From IMG/VR virus record IMGVR_UViG_2778261624_000006: 35,065 bases of DNA; one strand, written 5' to 3'. The DNA is from a virus. Taxonomy: Duplodnaviria > Heunggongvirae > Uroviricota > Caudoviricetes. A program made the position numbers and the translations under genes. The notes under the pieces were generated by a model. The model worked only from the letters and a program-made list of their open reading frames with translations, was not told where the DNA came from and made no database searches. Shown one piece after another: positions 10,089 through 24,263 of this stretch. Position 1 is the stretch's first letter, and each line of letters opens with the position of its first letter.

Positions 10089-12646
10089 CGTCCACCTCCG
10101 GAGAACAGGCCACCATCACGCATCTGTGTCTGAATTTCATCACGGGCACCCTTGCGGGCCATGTCATACACCGCCTTCAGAGCAGCCGGACCTATCTGCC
10201 CGTTCGTGCCGTCGTTGTTAATCACCACATGGTTATTCTGCTCAAACGTCCCGGACGCCTGCGACCGGCTGTCTGCCATGCTGCCCGGTGTACCGACATA
10301 ACCGCCGGTGGCATAGCCGCGCATCAGCCGGTAAAGATTCCCCACGCCAATCCGGCTGGTTGCCTCCTTCGTGAAGACAAACTCACCACGGTGAACAATC
10401 CCCGCTGGCTCATATTTGCCGCCGGTTCCCGTAAATCCTCCGGTTGCAAAATGGAATTTCGCCGCAGCGGCCTGAATGGCTGTACCGCCTGACGCGGATG
10501 CGCCGCCACCAACAGCCCCGCCAATGGCGCTGCCGATACTCCCGACAATCCCCACCATTGCCTGCTTAAGCAGAATTTCTGTCATCATGGACAGCACGGA
10601 ACGGGTGAAGCTGCGCCAGTTCTGCTCACTGCCGGTCAGCATCGCCGCCATATTCTGTGCAATACCATCAAAGGTCTGCGTGGCTGCACTTTTTACCTGC
10701 GACATACTGTCCGTGGCGCTCTCTTCCCACTCACTCCAGCCGGACTTCAGGCCTGCCATCCAGTTCCCGCGAAGCTGGTCTTCAGCCGCCCAGGTCTTTT
10801 TCTGCTCTGACATGACGTTATTCAGCGCCAGCGGATTATCGCCATACTGTTCCTTCAGGCGCTGTTCCGTGGCTTCCCGTTCTGCCTGCCGGTCAGTCAG
10901 CCCCCGGCTTTTCGCATCAATGGCGGCCCGTTTTGCCCGTTGCTGCTGTGCGAATTTATCCGCCTGCTGCGCCAGCGCGTTCAGGCGCTCCTGATACGTA
11001 ACCTTGTCGCCAAGTGCAGCCAGCTGGCGTTTGTACTCCAGCGTCTCATCTTTATGCGCCAGCAGGGATTTCTCCTGTGCAGACAGCTGGCGACGTTGCG
11101 CCGCCTCCTCCAGTACCGCGAACTGACTCTCCGCCTTCCACAAATCCCGGCGCTGCTGGCTGATTTTCTCATTTGCTCCGGCATGCTTCTCCAGCGTCCG
11201 GAGTTCTGCCTGAAGCGTCAGCAGGGCAGCATGAGCACTGTCTTCCTGACGATCGCCCGCAGACACCTTCACGCCGGACTGTTTCGGCTTTTTCAGCGTC
11301 GCTTCATAATCCTTTTTCGCCGCCGCCATCAGCGTGTTGTAATCCGCCTGCAGGATTTTCCCGTCTTTCAGTGCCTTGTTCAGTTCTTCCTGACGGGCGG
11401 TATATTTCTCCAGCGGCGTCTGCAGCCGTTCGTAAGCCTTCTGCGCCTCTTCGGTATATTTCAGCCGTGACGCTTCGGTATCGCTCTGCTGCTGCGCATT
11501 TTTGTCCTGTTGAGTCTGCTGCTCAGCCTTCTTTCGGGCGGCTTCAAGCGCAAGACGGGCCTTTTCACGATCATCCCAGTAACGCGCCCGCGCTTCATCG
11601 TTAACAAAATAATCATCCTTGCGCAGATTCCAGATGTCGTCTGCTTTCTTAAACGCAGCCTCTGCCTTAATCAGCATCTCCTGCGCGGTATCAGGACGAC
11701 CAATATCCAGCACCGCATCCCACATGGATTTGAATGCCCGCGCAGTCCTGTCTGCCCAGGTCTCCAGCGTGCCCATGTTCTCTTTCAGGCGGCGGGTCTG
11801 GTCATCAAACCCTTTCGTTGCGGCCTCGTTCGCCGCCTGCAATGCCCCGGCTTCATCGCCGGAACGCTGCAACTGAGCAACATACGCAATCTGCTCCGTC
11901 GTCACGTTATGGAACTGGCGTGCCATCGCCGTCAGCCCCGACGTCGGGTCTGTGGTCAGCTTCCCGAAGGCTTCAGCGACCTTGTCCACCTCCACGCCGG
12001 ATGCAGAGGAGAAACGCGCCACACTCTGGCTGATGGACGCAATCTGAGCCTCACCGCTTACCCCCGCCTTAACCAGTGCGCTGAGTGACTCGCTGGTCTG
12101 GTTAAACGTCAGCCCTGCCGCCTGCCCGGCTCTGGACAGGACCAGCATACGATCTGCCGTCAGTCCCGCCTGATTGCCGGAAAGGACCAGCGTTTTGTTG
12201 AAATCGGACAGGGTTGAGTTGCCCTGATACCAGGCATACGCCAGCGCACCGGTCGCCACCGCCAGCGAGGTGGCCCCCACCATCGGCAGGGTGATCGCAC
12301 CGGCAAGCCCCCTGAACATGGGGATCATCCCGCCGAAGGAGTCCTTCACCTGCCCCCCCTGTTGCAGCAGGATCAGCCACGGACTTTGCCCGCCTGCAAG
12401 CTGCGTGGCCACGTCGGTGAACTGTGCAGGCAGCATACGCATGGCGGCTTTATACTGCCCGACGGAAATCCCCGCTTTCTGTGCAGCCAGCGCCTGTCGG
12501 CTCAGCGACTGTTCAACGACTGCCGCTGTTTTTTTCGCATCACTTTCCGTACCGGAAAAATGACGCCTGACTCTGGCCATCTGCTCGTCAAATCTGGCCG
12601 CATCCAGACTCAAATCAACGACCAGATCGCCTACCGGTTCAGCCAT
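10085..12646 (-). CDS. H: tail tape measure protein H
   Basis: 853 aa, identical length to lambda H; coiled-coil-rich middle and Gly-rich C-terminus. Confidence 0.92.
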   Translation of the reverse strand: MAEPVGDLVVDLSLDAARFDEQMARVRRHFSGTESDAKKTAAVVEQSLSRQALAAQKAGISVGQYKAAMRMLPAQFTDVATQLAGGQSPWLILLQQGGQVKDSFGGMIPMFRGLAGAITLPMVGATSLAVATGALAYAWYQGNSTLSDFNKTLVLSGNQAGLTADRMLVLSRAGQAAGLTFNQTSESLSALVKAGVSGEAQIASISQSVARFSSASGVEVDKVAEAFGKLTTDPTSGLTAMARQFHNVTTEQIAYVAQLQRSGDEAGALQAANEAATKGFDDQTRRLKENMGTLETWADRTARAFKSMWDAVLDIGRPDTAQEMLIKAEAAFKKADDIWNLRKDDYFVNDEARARYWDDREKARLALEAARKKAEQQTQQDKNAQQQSDTEASRLKYTEEAQKAYERLQTPLEKYTARQEELNKALKDGKILQADYNTLMAAAKKDYEATLKKPKQSGVKVSAGDRQEDSAHAALLTLQAELRTLEKHAGANEKISQQRRDLWKAESQFAVLEEAAQRRQLSAQEKSLLAHKDETLEYKRQLAALGDKVTYQERLNALAQQADKFAQQQRAKRAAIDAKSRGLTDRQAEREATEQRLKEQYGDNPLALNNVMSEQKKTWAAEDQLRGNWMAGLKSGWSEWEESATDSMSQVKSAATQTFDGIAQNMAAMLTGSEQNWRSFTRSVLSMMTEILLKQAMVGIVGSIGSAIGGAVGGGASASGGTAIQAAAAKFHFATGGFTGTGGKYEPAGIVHRGEFVFTKEATSRIGVGNLYRLMRGYATGGYVGTPGSMADSRSQASGTFEQNNHVVINNDGTNGQIGPAALKAVYDMARKGARDEIQTQMRDGGLFSGGGR

Positions 12647-13073
12647 ACCGGACTCCTCCTGCGATCCCTTCTGATACTGTCATCAGCATTACGTCATCCT
12701 CCGTCATGTCCGCCACATCCGGGGAAGCGGGGATAACTTCATTCCCGTCCGGGCCAAAGCGGACACCTCCGGCAAGCCCTGCCGCTTTCTGCATCAGCAC
12801 ATCATCTTCAGGCTCTTCGTCAGCCTCGCGCCGGTTCAGCAGACTGAAATCCAGCGGATGCATATCCGGATCGCTGAAAAACAGGCTGAGCACGGTGTAC
12901 GTCAGCCCGGAAAAGTGCATATCCAGCAGAACATCATGAAAATAATGGGTACTGTAAAAGCGGTGCCAGTCGGCATACTCCGTGGATGACATCCCGGCAA
13001 GCATGGCACGCCAGTCGGGTCGCCCCATCTCACGCGCCAGTTTCAGGGCAAAACTCAGCTCACCGTCGAACAC
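12639..13073 (-). CDS. T: tail assembly chaperone T region (expressed as G-T fusion by -1 frameshift)
   Basis: 144-aa ORF in the -1 frame overlapping the G 3' end; slippery heptamer lies just upstream. Confidence 0.8.
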   Translation of the reverse strand: MFDGELSFALKLAREMGRPDWRAMLAGMSSTEYADWHRFYSTHYFHDVLLDMHFSGLTYTVLSLFFSDPDMHPLDFSLLNRREADEEPEDDVLMQKAAGLAGGVRFGPDGNEVIPASPDVADMTEDDVMLMTVSEGIAGGVRYG

Positions 13074-13477
13074 TTTCCCGCAGAAACAGGCTCTGCGGGC
13101 CCGGCGTCCTCTGTCTGTTCAGGGGCATTATTCACCACAAACTCATACATACCAGACAGCCGGTACACCACGTTTTCAGCATGAGAAATTGCCTCCGTGG
13201 GCCAGGTGGTAAGCACTTCCTGCTCAATCTGTTTAACGGCTTCATTCATGGACGGCATCTGCGTCTTCTGCGGATGGTTATGCCACAGGGACATCGCCAC
13301 CAGAAACGCGCCGGTTCTGATGGCGTCTTCCACAGTAAACTTCCGGTTGCTGTCTGACTCCGCCTGTTCTGCCTGCCGTTTCATCAGGGCGAGATGCTCA
13401 ATGCGCTGCAGGGCTGACAGTTCAGAAAGCGTGACGGTCACACCGTTATGTTCAAATGATTCGGTTTTCAGGAACAT
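13055..13477 (-). CDS. G: tail assembly chaperone G
   Basis: 140 aa, length and order as lambda G. Confidence 0.9.
   Translation of the reverse strand: MFLKTESFEHNGVTVTLSELSALQRIEHLALMKRQAEQAESDSNRKFTVEDAIRTGAFLVAMSLWHNHPQKTQMPSMNEAVKQIEQEVLTTWPTEAISHAENVVYRLSGMYEFVVNNAPEQTEDAGPAEPVSAGKCSTVS
13074..13080 (-). promoter_or_regulatory. programmed -1 ribosomal frameshift slippery site GGGAAAG (G to G-T)
   Basis: Plus strand reads CTTTCCC at about 13074-13080, which is GGGAAAG on the coding strand, ~6 codons before the G stop. Confidence 0.65.
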
Positions 13478-13492
13478 CGCTGACTCTCCGGA

Positions 13493-14233
13493 TTAACTGG
13501 CGGTGACGGTAATTTCTGCAACCGCAGCAAACTCACCATTACCGGATACAACCGGAATGTTGACCTTGCCTGCAGCAACGCCGTTCACGGTGATGGTCAT
13601 ACCACTGACCGACACGGTGGCTTTTGTTTTATCCGCAGACACCGCACGAAAGCTCTTGTCGGTTACGCCCTCCGGCTGGAAGGCCACGGTCAGCGTGGTG
13701 CTCTGCCCTTTCACCACCGAGGTGCTGGCAGGCGTCACGGTCATGCCGGTTGCCGCTGTTACCGTGCTGCGATCTTCTGCCATCGACGGACGTCCCACAT
13801 TGGTGACTTTCACCGTGCGGGTGATCACTTCCTTCGCCGTCACCGCCTTACCGATACTGCTGACCCAGCCACGGAACACATCGACCGTGCCGTTCGGGAA
13901 GCGGATTTTATAGGCACGGGTATCGCCTTCATTAAACCACGCCAGCAGCGCCTGCTGCCCCTGCTCTCCGGGCATCCACGCCAGCGTGAAGCTGGTATCT
14001 CCGGCAGATTTCTGCCCCTGCCCGGTCGCAGTCCAGTCTGCATCTTCATCATCGAGATAGCTGTCGTCATAGGACTCAGCGGTCAGTTCGCCGGGCGTCA
14101 GGTCTTTAACTTTTGCCAGACGCGACCAGTCAACGTCTGAAAGCGGATTCGCATAAGGGTCACCGCTCCCCTTATAAACCCACAGGGTGGTCCCGGCACC
14201 TTTCACCGGCATTGTAGGATTTGGTACAGGCAT
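13493..14233 (-). CDS. V: major tail tube protein V (246-aa reading; ORF track extends to 14263)
   Basis: Sequence from [16 protein letters not shown] matches lambda V as recalled; C-terminal Ig-like domain. Confidence 0.9.
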
Positions 14234-14240
14234 AGCGTCC

Positions 14241-14636
14241 TCACATTTCATAGGTAATGACATAAGTCAGATCGGCTGAACTCCACAGGCCCGCATCATC
14301 GTCGCGCCGGTAGTCATAGCCGCTGGCCACCATACTGGTGATCAAATCTGACAGTGCCGGGATATCGCTCATCACCGGATAAATCCGGGACTCCATCCAC
14401 GCATCCAGCTCTGAATCCGGCACCTGAGCAGGCAGGAAAACTTCGATATGCAGCTCCGCCTGCCAGGTATCGCTGTCCAGCTCTTCGCCCGTGTATTCAG
14501 CGCCGGTGAGATAAACGGCAACTGCCGGAAAATCCGCCTCATCAAAAACAGCGGGGCGACCATCAAAAAACGTCGCCCCGGTGTCATGCTTCTCCAGTGC
14601 ATCCAGTACGGCTGCACGGAGTTCAGTATGTTTCAT
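14241..14636 (-). CDS. U: tail tube terminator protein U
   Basis: 131 aa, matches lambda U in length and order. Confidence 0.9.
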
Positions 14637-15211
14637 CGCTTTATTACCATCCTCAGTTGATGCTGCAGCGCATAGCCCAGCTCTTTCGGAAGACGTTCAC
14701 GCCGTATCCGCTCAATATTTTGTTTAAACGCCGTGGTCAGCGGCACCGCCATCGGGATTTTCACCACATCAATGGGGTAACGGTTTTTCCCGGCCACACG
14801 CTGCATGACATGCCACCGGCCATTTTTCAGTTGCTGAATAAACGCGCCGGGAATACGACGGTTACCCACCACAAGCACGCTGCCGCCACCTTTCAGGGAT
14901 GAACGCTGCCCCTTTTTACGACGCCTGCGGCGCGAAAGGACAACCCGCGCATTACCCAGCTTGATTACGGGCAAATCCCCCCGGTTAACTTTGATTCTGG
15001 CCTGCGGATTTTTGACCGTGGCCCTTTTCAGCCTGGCCCTTTCCTTTACCAGTTTCCGGCGTACCTTTGTCTCACGGGCAACCTGTGACGCCGACTGCGA
15101 TATCGCGGATGAAGCAACGCGGTTAATGGCCATTGCGGCGGCACCAGGCACCGCCGTTTTGCTGATACGGCTGAGGTTTTCAACGGCCTGCTCAAGACCT
15201 TTTATGGCCAT
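14633..15211 (-). CDS. Z: tail completion protein Z
   Basis: 192 aa, basic protein, lambda Z length and position. Confidence 0.9.
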   Translation of the reverse strand: MAIKGLEQAVENLSRISKTAVPGAAAMAINRVASSAISQSASQVARETKVRRKLVKERARLKRATVKNPQARIKVNRGDLPVIKLGNARVVLSRRRRRKKGQRSSLKGGGSVLVVGNRRIPGAFIQQLKNGRWHVMQRVAGKNRYPIDVVKIPMAVPLTTAFKQNIERIRRERLPKELGYALQHQLRMVIKR

Positions 15212-15222
15212 ACATCCCCCTT

Positions 15223-15576
15223 TCAGCGGCGACGGTTAACGGCAGGCGGTACGCCCCGTCCAAGCCAGAGATGACAACTTCCGCCATCATCCGGCGAAAC
15301 CCGATCTACCCAGAAATTTTCCTCACCGATGGTCAGCGTGTCTCCACGCCGCAGCTGCCGCACCTCATCAGTCCGGACAAACAGGGACGGGCTGGAGCCT
15401 TCAACGCGCACGCCCTGTCCGGCATAGCTGATATTTTCAGGGTCATCAAAAACACCACGTATCACCGCACCTGACTGCTCACCGGATGTAATGGTGGCTG
15501 ACGTTCCCATGTACCCGCGTATCGTTTCATCGGCGCGGGCAATGGCAGCATCGAACAGGTTATCGAAATCAGCCAC
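15223..15576 (-). CDS. FII: head-tail joining protein FII
   Basis: 117 aa as lambda FII. Confidence 0.9.
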   Translation of the reverse strand: MADFDNLFDAAIARADETIRGYMGTSATITSGEQSGAVIRGVFDDPENISYAGQGVRVEGSSPSLFVRTDEVRQLRRGDTLTIGEENFWVDRVSPDDGGSCHLWLGRGVPPAVNRRR

Positions 15577-15587
15577 AGCGCCTCCCG

Positions 15588-15983
15588 TTATTGCATTCTG
15601 GCCAGGCCGCGCTCTGTCATTTCGGCTGCCACACCGGCAGAGACACGAAACGCCGTTCCCGGCAGCACAAATGCCACAGCCTCATCCCGCGTGGCGTGAA
15701 GTGCATCAGTATGCAGCGTCACCAGTGCCACAACCGTGACCAGATCAGCCGTATCAGTCACGGTATCCGGCTGCGCTGATACAACCTCATTTTCATGTCC
15801 GGTCAGCGCATTTTCCGGGCTGACAGATGTGTCCTGACCGGCAGCGTCATCCGTGTCATCAAGCTCCTCTTCCAGCTCTGCCACACGGAGCACCAGTTCT
15901 TCTTTCGTCCCCGTCAGGCTGACATCACGGTTCAGTTGCTCACCCAGCACCTGAAGACGGGCAATCAGTTCATCTTTCGTCAT
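15588..15983 (-). CDS. FI: DNA packaging protein FI (132-aa reading from MTKDELIAR; ORF track extends to 16022)
   Basis: Matches lambda FI from the internal Met; acidic linker region. Confidence 0.85.
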   Translation of the reverse strand: MTKDELIARLQVLGEQLNRDVSLTGTKEELVLRVAELEEELDDTDDAAGQDTSVSPENALTGHENEVVSAQPDTVTDTADLVTVVALVTLHTDALHATRDEAVAFVLPGTAFRVSAGVAAEMTERGLARMQ

Positions 15984-16024
15984 AGACTCCTCCACAGAGA
16001 GAAAATGGCCCCGAAGGGCCATGA

Positions 16025-17050
16025 TTACGCCAGTTGTACGGACACGAACGCATCAGGGTCAGCCAGCAGCATCAGCGGTGCTGACTGAATCATGGTGAAC
16101 TCACGCGCCGGATCGCCGGTGGTCACCCAGTTTTTCGGGTAGCGGGCAGAGGCGTTAATACCTTCGCGCTGTGCGTCCGCATCCTGAATGCAGCCATAGG
16201 TGCGCAGACCGCGTGCCTGAGTGTTCCCCAGCACCATCGTGTTGTCCGGAAGGAAGTTCTTTTTGACGTCGTTTTCCACGTACTGTCCGGAATACACGAC
16301 GATCGCCGTATCGCCATACATCCCCTTATAGGACACCGCTTCGCCCAGGTCTTTTACCGCTGTCTCCAGCTCGGAATTAGAGCCGCGACGGGTATCCAGC
16401 TTCTCCTTGACGGCTTTGAAGGAACGGAACAGCGCCCAGCCTTTCGGATCAAACACGATGATATTCACCACTCCGCTGGCGTTCAGCGCATAGGCTTCGA
16501 TATCGTCGGTCGGGTCATACGTGGACTTGTCACGCTTGCTCCACTCCGTACCACCGGACTGTGTGATGTTGTTCGCCGCACTGCGGCCCATATCCACCTC
16601 AACCGGATCGAAGGCTTCACCGGTCATGGTGTATTTGCCCTTAAGCACAGCAGAAACTGCCTGCATCTCTTCGACCTGAGCAATGGCCAGCTCTTCGTCT
16701 CGCATGTTCTGCATGATGATGCGACGGCGGCGGTAAGCCGGGTCCGCCAGATTCTGCGGATCTTCATCCGGCAGGCGACGCAGGGTCATCTGCGGATTCA
16801 CCTCATGCTTCGGCTTGACATATCCCGGTGTAAATTCAGAGGTGGAGCCGCCACGGGAGCGGATAACCTCACCGGAAACAATCGGCGAAACGTACAGCGC
16901 CATGTTTACCAGTCCCGGAATTTGTGAGAGATAGACTTTCTCCGTGGTGAAGGGATAGCTCTCACGGAAAAAGAGACGCAGAAACAGCGGATCAAACTTA
17001 AATTTCTTCTCATTTGCCGCCAGCAGCTGGGCGGTTGTGTACATCGACAT
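16025..17050 (-). CDS. E: major capsid protein E (341-aa reading from MSMYTTAQLL; ORF track extends to 17077)
   Basis: Near-identical to lambda E as recalled. Confidence 0.95.
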   Translation of the reverse strand: MSMYTTAQLLAANEKKFKFDPLFLRLFFRESYPFTTEKVYLSQIPGLVNMALYVSPIVSGEVIRSRGGSTSEFTPGYVKPKHEVNPQMTLRRLPDEDPQNLADPAYRRRRIIMQNMRDEELAIAQVEEMQAVSAVLKGKYTMTGEAFDPVEVDMGRSAANNITQSGGTEWSKRDKSTYDPTDDIEAYALNASGVVNIIVFDPKGWALFRSFKAVKEKLDTRRGSNSELETAVKDLGEAVSYKGMYGDTAIVVYSGQYVENDVKKNFLPDNTMVLGNTQARGLRTYGCIQDADAQREGINASARYPKNWVTTGDPAREFTMIQSAPLMLLADPDAFVSVQLA

Positions 17051-17105
17051 AAAAAAATCCCGTAAAAAAAGCCGCACAGGCGGCCTTTAGTGATGAAGGG
17101 TAAGG

Positions 17106-17438
17106 TTAAACGATGCTGATTGCCGTTCCGGCAAACGCGGTCCGTTTTTTCGTCTCGTCGCTGGCAGCCTCCGGCCAGAGCACATCCTCATAACGGAACG
17201 TGCCGGACTTGTAGAACGTCAGCGTGGTGCTGGTCTGGTCAGCAGCAACCGCCAGAATGCCAACGGCAGTACCGTCGGTGGTGCCATCCCACGCAACCAG
17301 CTTACGGGTGGAGGTGTCCAGCATCATCGGGGTCATTGCAGGCGCTTTCGCACTCAATCCGCCGGGCGCGGTTGCCGTATGTGCCGGGTCACTGTTGCCC
17401 AGCGGCTGGTAATGGGTAAAGGTTTCTTTGCTCGTCAT
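17106..17438 (-). CDS. D: head decoration protein D
   Basis: 110-aa reading from [12 protein letters not shown] matches lambda D. Confidence 0.92.
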   Translation of the reverse strand: MTSKETFTHYQPLGNSDPAHTATAPGGLSAKAPAMTPMMLDTSTRKLVAWDGTTDGTAVGILAVAADQTSTTLTFYKSGTFRYEDVLWPEAASDETKKRTAFAGTAISIV

Positions 17439-17447
17439 AAACATCCC

Positions 17448-18053
17448 TTACACTGGTGTGTTCAGCAAATCGTTAACGGCATCAGATGCCGGGTTACCTG
17501 TAGCCAGCGGTGCCGGTGCCCCCTGCATCAGACGATCCAGCGCAGTGTCACTGCGCGCCTGTGCACTCTGTGGTGCAGCTGCCAGAATGCGGCGGGCCGT
17601 TTCCACGGTCATACCGGGGGTTTCTGCCAGCACGCGGGCCTGTTCTTCGCGTCCGTGAGCCTCCTCACAGTTGAGGATCCCCATAATGCGGCTGTTTTCT
17701 GCCGCAACCGCAGCGGTGATCTGCGCGTTCACGTCCGGCTGCGCCGCGCTGGCGTTTTCGCCCTCCGTCGCTGGCACCACGTCAGTAACGTCAGTCTGCG
17801 AAGCAGTGGCTGAAACAGTTGTTGATTGAGTCTCTTTGGTCATTCGCCCTCCTGAGAGACGGGATTTACGCGCATCCAGTGCATCACGCATGACGGTGAT
17901 CGCATCGGTGCTGTTAACAAGTTCATCAGCCAGTCCGGCATCAATGGCCTCCTGACCGCTGTACACTGCAGCCTCGGTATCCAGCACAGCCTGCACAGAC
18001 AGGCCGGTATATGCCGACACCTTCTGCGCAAACATCCGGCGGGTTGCGTCCAT
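17448..18053 (-). CDS. Nu3: scaffolding protein Nu3 (in-frame internal start within C)
   Basis: ATG at 18053 gives a 201-aa product (MDATRRMFAQ...) sharing the C stop, as in lambda. Confidence 0.8.
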   Translation of the reverse strand: MDATRRMFAQKVSAYTGLSVQAVLDTEAAVYSGQEAIDAGLADELVNSTDAITVMRDALDARKSRLSGGRMTKETQSTTVSATASQTDVTDVVPATEGENASAAQPDVNAQITAAVAAENSRIMGILNCEEAHGREEQARVLAETPGMTVETARRILAAAPQSAQARSDTALDRLMQGAPAPLATGNPASDAVNDLLNTPV

Positions 18054-18747
18054 CCGGGACTGCAGTGTCTCCCGGACGTCATCCGGAAGATGGCTGTAGG
18101 GATTGCCATCCACCTTATGGCTGCCGCTGTAAATCAGCGTGATTTCCACACCCTGTTTCTCCAGCGCAGCACCGTAATTACTGTGAGCCATCATGACGCC
18201 GATGGAGCCTGTCCGGGCGGTCTGCGTGACCAGACGCCGGGAGGCGGCACTGGCAAGCAGCTGACCTGCACTGCAGTTCATGTCGTTGGCCAGCGCCCAT
18301 ACCGGTTTTATGTCTCGCACACGGGCGATGATGTCAGCGCAGTCAAATGCCCCCGCCACCATTCCGCCTGGCGTGTCCATATCGAGCAGAATGCCGTCCA
18401 CCATCGGGTCGCTGGCAGCCTGTTGCAGACGGGCGATAATGCCGTTGTAACCGGTCATCCCCGAGTACGGCTGCAGCGCCCGCGTCCGGCTGACCAGCGT
18501 GCCGGACACCGGCAGCACGGCGATGCCGTTCATGACCTGATAACTGCGGGCCTGTCGTGGTCCGTCATCATCACCGGATAATGCCAGCGTCGCGAGTGCC
18601 TCCTGGGCAGTCAGGCTGTCGCCGGACACCGCATCCGTCAGGCGGCTGATCCCAAGCTGGCCTGCAAGCGCACAAAAGAAAACCCGCGCATAGGCGGGTT
18701 CAAGCATCAGCGGCTCATTAAAGGCCATGCTGGCAATATGCGGGAGA

Positions 18748-18767
<20 letters not shown>
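17448..18767 (-). CDS. C: capsid assembly protease C, GTG start
   Basis: Protein from (V)TAELRNLPHIASMAFNEP matches lambda C; GTG at 18767 preceded by a GAGGAGG Shine-Dalgarno; overlaps the B 3' end. Confidence 0.9.
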
Positions 18768-22448
<3,681 letters not shown>

Positions 22449-22474
<26 letters not shown>

Positions 22475-22994
22475 TCAGCAACCCCGGTATCAGTTCATCC
22501 AGCGCGGCTGCTTTGTTCATGGCTTTGATGATATCCCGTTTCAGGAAATCAACATGTCGGTTTTCCAGTTCCGGAAAACGCCGCTGCACCGACAGGGGGA
22601 TCCCGTCGAGAATACTGGCAATTTCACCTGCGATCCGCGACAGCACGAAAGTACAGAATGCGGTTTCCACCACTTCAGCGGAGTCTCTGGCATTTTTCAG
22701 CTCCTGTGCGTCGGCCTGCGCACGCGTAAGTCGATGGCGTTCGTACTCAATAGTCCCTGGCTGGAGATCTGTCTCGCTGGCCTGCCGCAGTTCTTCAACT
22801 TCCCGGCGCAGCTTTTCGTTCTCAATTTCAGCATCCCTTTCGGCATACCATTTTATGACGGCGGCAGAGTCATAAAGCACCTCATTACCCTTGCCACCGC
22901 CTCGCAGAACGGGCATTCCCTGTTCCTGCCAGTTCTGAATGGTACGGATACTCGCACCGAAAATGTCAGCCAGCTGCTTTTTGTTGACTTCCAT
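22449..22994 (-). CDS. Nu1: terminase small subunit Nu1
   Basis: 181 aa; N-terminal helix-turn-helix; matches lambda Nu1. Confidence 0.95.
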
Positions 22995-22999
22995 TGTTC

Positions 23000-23215
23000 A
23001 TTCCACGGCCAAAAACAGAGAAAGGAAACGACAAAGGCCCAAAAGTTCGTTTTCAGCACCTGTCGTTTCCTTTCTTTTCAGGGGGTATTTTAAATAAAAA
23101 CATTAAGTTACGACGAAGAAGAACGGAAACGCCTTAAACCGGAAAATTTTCATAAATAGCGAAAACCCGCGAGGTCGCCGCCCCGTAACCTGTCGGATCG
23201 CCGGAAAGGACCCGC
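23000..23215 (-). other. cos packaging site (cosB, cosN, cosQ region); 12-nt cohesive-end sequence at about 23172-23183
   Basis: Plus strand reads CCCGCGAGGTCGCCGCCCCGTAACCTG, the reverse complement of the lambda end joint with cohesive end GGGCGGCGACCT; the region up to Nu1 matches the lambda left end. Confidence 0.9.
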
Positions 23216-23383
23216 AAAAATGATAATAATTATCATCTACATGTCACAACGTGCATCTACGCCATCAAACCACGTCAAATAATCAATTATGACGCAGGTA
23301 TCGTATTAATTGATCTGCATCAACTTAACGTAAAAACAACTTCAGACAATACAAATCAGCGACACTGAATACGGGGCAACCTC

Positions 23384-23578
23384 ATGTCAACGAAGAACAG
23401 AACCCGCAGAACAACAACCCGCAACATCCGCTTTCCTAACCAAATGATTGAACAAATTAACATCGCTCTTGAGCAAAAAGGGTCTGGGAATTTCTCAGCC
23501 TGGGTCATTGAAGCCTGCCGTCGGAGACTAACGTCAGAAAAGAGAGCATATACATCAATCCAAAGTGATGATGGATGA
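23384..23578 (+). CDS. small conserved phage protein (64 aa), Arg-rich N-terminus, possible ribbon-helix-helix DNA-binding fold
   Basis: ORF with ATG about 200 bp from cos reading away from it; GGGGCAACCTC immediately upstream as RBS; family uncertain. Confidence 0.6.
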   Translation: MSTKNRTRRTTTRNIRFPNQMIEQINIALEQKGSGNFSAWVIEACRRRLTSEKRAYTSIQSDDG

Positions 23579-23938
23579 ACATCCCGGTTTCTTCCACCAT
23601 CGCACCGGAAAAGCGACTATGAGGGTAACCCTGCGTCTGTCAGCACAGTAAAACCCGGTGTGCATCGTTTTTGATTATTCCCGCACACTCACGCAGAAGG
23701 AATTCCCCGTCGGGCTACGGTCATGGTTAATGCGGGAATACGGCGACGATACAGCGCAGCTAAAAGGGTAATGGACAGATAGAGCGGTTTATTTCATTCC
23801 ACAGGATTCTGAGTGCCCCCCCTCCTCCAATAGGCTGAGCATCCACCTATATAGTTTTAATTTTCATCAATCCATTTAACTATCGTTTAATTGTTGTCAC
23901 ATAGGATTCTGCCGTTTTTAACAATGCAGGATAATAAG

Positions 23939-24232
23939 ATGAAAAAAATGTTGTTTTCTGCCGCTCTGGCAATGCTTATTACAGGATGTGCTCAACAGAC
24001 GTTTACTGTTGGAAACAAACCGACAGCAGTAACACCAAAGGAAACCATCACCCATCATTTCTTCGTTTCGGGAATTGGACAGGAGAAAACTGTTGATGCA
24101 GCCAAAATTTGTGGCGGCGCAGAAAATGTTGTTAAAACAGAAACCCAGCAAACATTCGTAAATGGATTTCTCGGTTTTATTACTTTAGGCATTTATACTC
24201 CGCTGGAAGCGCGTGTGTATTGCTCACAATAA
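23939..24232 (+). CDS. bor: Bor lipoprotein (serum resistance), 97-aa reading from MKKMLF
   Basis: Lipobox LITGC; strong match to lambda Bor as recalled; opposite strand to the lysis genes as in lambda. Confidence 0.9.
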   Translation: MKKMLFSAALAMLITGCAQQTFTVGNKPTAVTPKETITHHFFVSGIGQEKTVDAAKICGGAENVVKTETQQTFVNGFLGFITLGIYTPLEARVYCSQ

Positions 24233-24263
24233 TTGCATGAGTTGCCCATCGATATGGGCAGCT

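Noticed and set aside
14233-17077. Longer N-terminal extensions given by the ORF track for V, FI, E and D (also bor, Rz, S, Q and emrE elsewhere)
   Set aside because: Internal Met starts reproduce the known protein lengths and N-termini as recalled; extensions are first-ATG artifacts. K is the exception, where I kept the long form.
24243-24260. Hairpin TGCCCATCGATATGGGCA between convergent bor and Rz as a terminator
   Set aside because: Stem is present but there is no U-tract on either strand, so I did not call it a terminator.
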